A stretch of DNA of 63,730 nt, filler included, from a candidate division NPL-UPA2 bacterium Unc8 (GTDB lineage Bacteria; NPL-UPA2), in NCBI GenBank assembly GCA_003574845.1. It is 8 parts of 7 records of this genome, joined end to end, with 100 filler letters (N's around TTAATTAATTAA, not from the genome) between each part and the next. Parts side by side here need not be neighbours in the genome. Positions count along the whole stretch, not along the records: positions 59,030 to 63,730 come from NDHY01000005.1; 7 more parts are not named here. One strand, given 5' to 3'. The first letter of the stretch is position 1. Every line of letters begins with the position of its first letter. Both the position numbers and the translations under genes were made by a program. A model generated the notes under the pieces. That model did not search any database, was not told the origin of the DNA, and saw nothing but the letters and a program-made list of their open reading frames with translations. This document shows, piece after piece, positions 60,136 to 63,730 of the stretch.

Positions 60136-60825
60136 CTACATTATCTGCCGAAGATCAAGCCTTACCCCGGGACCCATAGTTGAGGAAATAGTAATGCAAC
60201 GTATGTAAGTCCCCTTGCAAGAAGGCTGCCTTGCGTCCTTTATTGCCGCAATAACTGCTAAGATGTTTCCCCGCAGACGATCATCGTCAAATGATTTCTT
60301 TCCCACTGGAAGATGAACATTCCCGGACTTATCAGAACGAAACTCTACTCTCCCTTTTTTAATTGCCTCCACAGTCTTGCCAATCTCAGTGGTAACTGTT
60401 CCCACCTTTGGAGTTGGCATCAATCCTCGTGGACCAAGAAGACGGCCAATTTTCCCTACTTCCTTCATAATATCCGGAGTGGCTACAACGGTATCAAACC
60501 CCATCCATCCTCCTTTTATTCTTTCAATTAACTCTTCAGCACCAACAAAATCTGCTCCTGCTGATGTCGCCTCTTTTGCCGCTTCTCCCTTAGCAAAGAC
60601 AAGAACGCTCTTTTCTTTTCCTATCCCATAAGGAAGAGATAAGGCTCCTCTCACCTGTTGATCTGCTTTCCGCGTGTCTATCCCAAGTCGGAATGCAACC
60701 TCAATGGTCTCATCAAACTTTGCTTTAGCCATTTGCTTGGAGAGAGCAATAGCTTCAGACAATGAATAATTCTTCTTTTCCAAAAGCTTCTCTGACTCAG
60801 AATATCTCTTTCCTCTCTTACTCAT
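60136..60825 (-). CDS. rplA: 50S ribosomal protein L1
   Basis: KFDETIE, LGPRGLMP.PK.GT, STMGPG. Confidence 0.97.
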   Translation of the reverse strand: MSKRGKRYSESEKLLEKKNYSLSEAIALSKQMAKAKFDETIEVAFRLGIDTRKADQQVRGALSLPYGIGKEKSVLVFAKGEAAKEATSAGADFVGAEELIERIKGGWMGFDTVVATPDIMKEVGKIGRLLGPRGLMPTPKVGTVTTEIGKTVEAIKKGRVEFRSDKSGNVHLPVGKKSFDDDRLRGNILAVIAAIKDARQPSCKGTYIRCITISSTMGPGVRLDLRQIM

Positions 60826-60841
60826 ATTTTTCCAGTAGCCT

Positions 60842-61264
60842 TCAGTTTATTTCTATTCCCATGCTTCGTGCCGTTCCCTCTATTACCAGTACAGCCCCTT
60901 CAATAGTTACTGCATTCAGGTCAGCAAGTTTGATCTCTGCTATTTTGCGAACCTCCTCTTTTGAAACTTGAGCTATTTTTTCTCTTCCCGGCATGGACGA
61001 TGCTTTAGCTATTGACGCAGCGCGCTTCAGGAGAGCAGAAGCAGGGGGTGATTTTATAATGAAAGAAAAAGTTCTGTCATGATAAACAGTAATCACAACA
61101 GGAGTAATTACCCCGCCTTTCCCCTGGGTTTTAGAGTTAAAAGCCTGACAAAATTCCATAATGTTAACTCCGTGCTGCCCAAGAGCCGGGCCAATCGGAG
61201 GAGCAGGATTAGCCTTACCAGCAAGAATTTGTAATTTTATTTTTCCGATAACTTGCTTTGCCAT
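60842..61264 (-). CDS. rplK: 50S ribosomal protein L11
   Basis: [30 protein letters not shown]; start at ATG 61264. Confidence 0.97.
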   Translation of the reverse strand: MAKQVIGKIKLQILAGKANPAPPIGPALGQHGVNIMEFCQAFNSKTQGKGGVITPVVITVYHDRTFSFIIKSPPASALLKRAASIAKASSMPGREKIAQVSKEEVRKIAEIKLADLNAVTIEGAVLVIEGTARSMGIEIN

Positions 61265-61279
61265 CTCAAAAACCCTTAG

Positions 61280-61312
61280 GGGTTGTGAAAGAATGTTACT
61301 CTTTCGCAACCC
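61280..61312. repeat. Hairpin between nusG and rplK
   Basis: GGGTTGTGAAAGA-N7-TCTTTCGCAACCC (13-bp stem with one non-Watson-Crick pair); no U-tract directly after it. Confidence 0.6.
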
Positions 61313-61840
61313 TTATATTGATTCCACCTGCCAACATTCAAGTTCCACAGGAGTTTCTCTTCCGAAGATAGAAATCATTACTTGCAACTTTCCTTTCTCC
61401 GGATTTAGTTCACCCACAATACCCTCAAGACTGACAAATGGGCCTTCAATGATTTTTACTCTTTCCCCCTTCTCAAAGACACTTTTTGACTGCGGCTTTT
61501 CCCTTCTCTTTTCAACCACCTGTAATATTTTCTCAACCTCATCATCCTCCAACGGAGCAGGTTCATTATTAGAACCTGCAAACTTGATTGTTCCAGAAGT
61601 TTCCTTTATAAGGAGCCGCCCCTCCTCGCTCCACTTCATTTTTACTAAAATATAGCCGGGGAAAAGGTTCCTTTTAACAATGCGCTTCTCTCCCCTTCTT
61701 ATCTCCATCACCTCTTCAGTAGGAATGAAGACATTGGTAATTACATCCTGCATTGATTTAGAGTTAATCCGATTTTGCAGCTCTAACCCCACCTTCTCCT
61801 CACGCCCAGGGAGAGTGCAAACTGCATACCATTTACTCAC
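61313..61840 (-). CDS. nusG: Transcription termination/antitermination factor NusG
   Basis: KWY, FPGYILV, KOW motif GPF, IFGRETPVEL. Confidence 0.97.
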   Translation of the reverse strand: MSKWYAVCTLPGREEKVGLELQNRINSKSMQDVITNVFIPTEEVMEIRRGEKRIVKRNLFPGYILVKMKWSEEGRLLIKETSGTIKFAGSNNEPAPLEDDEVEKILQVVEKRREKPQSKSVFEKGERVKIIEGPFVSLEGIVGELNPEKGKLQVMISIFGRETPVELECWQVESI

Positions 61841-61849
61841 AGCCTACCC

Positions 61850-62038
61850 TCAATTTTCCATCATAAGTCCGACTACTTCTGACAACATTCGATCAATAAT
61901 ACCAATAAAGATGGCAGCGAGCACAACGATAATTATAACCATAAAGGTCAAAGCAATTAATTCACTTCTCTTTGTCCAGGATACCTTTTTGATCTCCGAC
62001 CGAACTTCACCAAAAAACTTCCCAATTCTCCTGAACAA
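61850..62038 (-). CDS. secE: Preprotein translocase subunit SecE
   Basis: EVRSEIKKVSW + TM helix. Confidence 0.93.
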   Translation of the reverse strand: MFRRIGKFFGEVRSEIKKVSWTKRSELIALTFMVIIIVVLAAIFIGIIDRMLSEVVGLMMEN

Positions 62039-62058
62039 GTTAATCCCTCAAACATAAA

Positions 62059-62133
62059 CGGGCCTGGAGGGATTCGAACCCCCAACCCCTGGATTTGGAG
62101 TCCAGCGCTCTCTCCAGTTAGAGCTACAGACCC
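62059..62133 (-). tRNA. tRNA-Trp (CCA)
   Basis: Anticodon arm CTGGA-CTCCAAA-TCCAG; canonical position between rpmG and secE. Confidence 0.95.
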
Positions 62134-62176
62134 TCTAATATAACCTCATTAATTATAGTCTTATTATCAGGATGTC

Positions 62177-62326
62177 TTACTTTGTCTCTTTGTGAACTAC
62201 ATGTTTACGACAGAATCGACAATATTTCCTCAGCTCCAGTCGGCCAGGATTTTGCTTCTTGCGCTTACCAACCGAATAGTTCCTCCTCCTGCACTCCACA
62301 CAGGCTAAAATAGCTATTTCTTGCAT
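62177..62326 (-). CDS. rpmG: 50S ribosomal protein L33 (zinc-binding form; not in the ORF track)
   Basis: [49 protein letters not shown]. Confidence 0.95.
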   Translation of the reverse strand: MQEIAILACVECRRRNYSVGKRKKQNPGRLELRKYCRFCRKHVVHKETK

Positions 62327-62432
62327 CTTGATTCATTGCTTTTTGACAACAGAAACCTTTTTTCTCTGCCAATCAGACAACCTCCTTAATTCCAGATAAC
62401 TATTCAGGTATTCTGACTTCTTGAGTAGTTAC

Positions 62433-63629
62433 TCATTCAATAATCTCAGAAACAACTCCTGCTCCAATGGTGCGTCCTCCCTCCCTTATGGCAAAGCGCA
62501 ATTCCTTCTCCATGGCAATAGGGGTAATTAGCTCTCCTTCAATGGTTACATTATCACCAGGCATCACCATTTCAACATCCTTAGGAAGTTTAGTTATCCC
62601 GGTTACGTCTGTTGTGCGAAAATAAAACTGAGGGCGGTAACCATTAAAGAATGGAGTATGTCTGCCACCTTCCTCTTTCTTCAGGATGTACACCTGAGCC
62701 TTAAACCTGGTATGAGGAGTTATGGAGCCTGTCTTGGCAAATACCTGCCCTCTTTTTACAACATCCTTTTCCACTCCACGTAAGAGAAGTCCGGCATTGT
62801 CTCCGGCCTGACCACTATCAAGGGTCTTACGGAACATCTCTACTCCTGTCACCACTGCTTTTTTTATCTCATCAGTCATTCCAATGACTTCTATTTCATC
62901 TCCTACCTTTACCACTCCTCTTTCAATTCTGCCAGTGCCCACAGTCCCCCGGCCAGTGATGGAGAAAACATCCTCTATTGCCATCAGGAAGGGCTTGTCT
63001 ATGTCCCGTTTTGGGACAGGGATATATTCATCAACGGCTTTTATAAGCTCCTTGATGCTATCACACTTACTATTCTCGACATCTGGAGTATTTAATGCCT
63101 CAAGAGCGCTTCCCTTGATTACCGGAATTTCTTCTCCGGGAAACTCATACTCAGAGAGAAGTTCACGCACCTCAAGTTCAACAAGCTCTAATATCTCCGG
63201 GTCATCTACCTGGTCAACTTTGTTTAAGAAAACGACAATGTAGGGAACTCCTACCTGGCGGGCAAGGAGTATGTGTTCTCTGGTTTGGGGCATTGGCCCA
63301 TCAGCGGCTGAGACCACCAGTATTGCTCCATCCATCTGAGCAGCTCCGGTAATCATGTTTTTGATGTAATCAGCATGCCCTGGGCAATCAATGTGAGCAT
63401 AGTGGCGTTTTTCTGTTTCATACTCAGCGTGGAAGATTTGAATTGTGATCCCCCTTTCCTTCTCCTCCGGGGCACTATCAATCTCACTAACGCTCTTTGC
63501 TACGGCTCCTCCCTTAGCAGAAAGAACCCGCGTGATGGCGGCAGTCAAGGTAGTCTTGCCATGGTCAACATGACCAATTGTTCCCACATTTACATGCGGC
63601 TTGCTCCGTATGAACTTTTCCTTTGCCAT
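62433..63629 (-). CDS. tuf: Elongation factor Tu
   Basis: [28 protein letters not shown]. Confidence 0.99.
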   Translation of the reverse strand: MAKEKFIRSKPHVNVGTIGHVDHGKTTLTAAITRVLSAKGGAVAKSVSEIDSAPEEKERGITIQIFHAEYETEKRHYAHIDCPGHADYIKNMITGAAQMDGAILVVSAADGPMPQTREHILLARQVGVPYIVVFLNKVDQVDDPEILELVELEVRELLSEYEFPGEEIPVIKGSALEALNTPDVENSKCDSIKELIKAVDEYIPVPKRDIDKPFLMAIEDVFSITGRGTVGTGRIERGVVKVGDEIEVIGMTDEIKKAVVTGVEMFRKTLDSGQAGDNAGLLLRGVEKDVVKRGQVFAKTGSITPHTRFKAQVYILKKEEGGRHTPFFNGYRPQFYFRTTDVTGITKLPKDVEMVMPGDNVTIEGELITPIAMEKELRFAIREGGRTIGAGVVSEIIE

Positions 63630-63660
63630 AGTTAGGGTCCTCCTGTTTTTTACCTTTTAC

Positions 63661-63730
63661 AGCCCACGACCGGGGTCGAACCGGTGACCTCATGCTTACC
63701 ATGCATGTGCTCTACCAACTGAGCTACATG
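63661..63730 (-). tRNA. tRNA-Thr (GGT), 5' end beyond the window
   Basis: Anticodon arm CATGC-ATGGTAA-GCATG, GGTTCGA T-loop; upstream of tuf. Confidence 0.93.

Overview
Bacterial draft-genome window of eight contigs joined by seven identical 100-nt N/TTAATTAATTAA/N linkers, so gene order across the gaps is not evidence of linkage. The gene content suggests an anaerobe; no taxon can be named from the sequence alone. Housekeeping genes: tgt-yajC, tsaE-tsaB-rimI-mdh-secDF-glnA, trp genes including a TrpD-TrpC fusion, tuf-rpmG-secE-nusG-rplKAJL and four tRNAs. Metabolic and accessory genes: an alpha-glucan/glycogen cluster, a CysK/DUF39/NIL-ferredoxin/UPF0280 sulfur cluster, a corrinoid-methyltransferase fusion with an MFS transporter, a type IV pilus/T2SS-like assembly cluster, an internalin-like LRR protein, several toxin-antitoxin pairs and an IS256-family element. 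Main observations: (1) a 126-bp MITE-like element carrying a REP doublet, in three copies, two with perfect 8-bp target-site duplications inside gene 3' ends; (2) an XRE-ImmA/PIN cassette bracketed by direct repeats that encode what looks like the C-terminal tail of type IIG restriction-modification enzymes; (3) short repeats recruited into proteins (TrpD-TrpC linker, L7/L12 extension, GH133 linker); (4) a corrinoid domain lacking its His ligand motif; (5) a nearly identical promoter in front of tgt and trpDC; (6) two probable chimeric junctions at the start (leuS lacking its middle, and an M16 peptidase joined to a glycosyltransferase).
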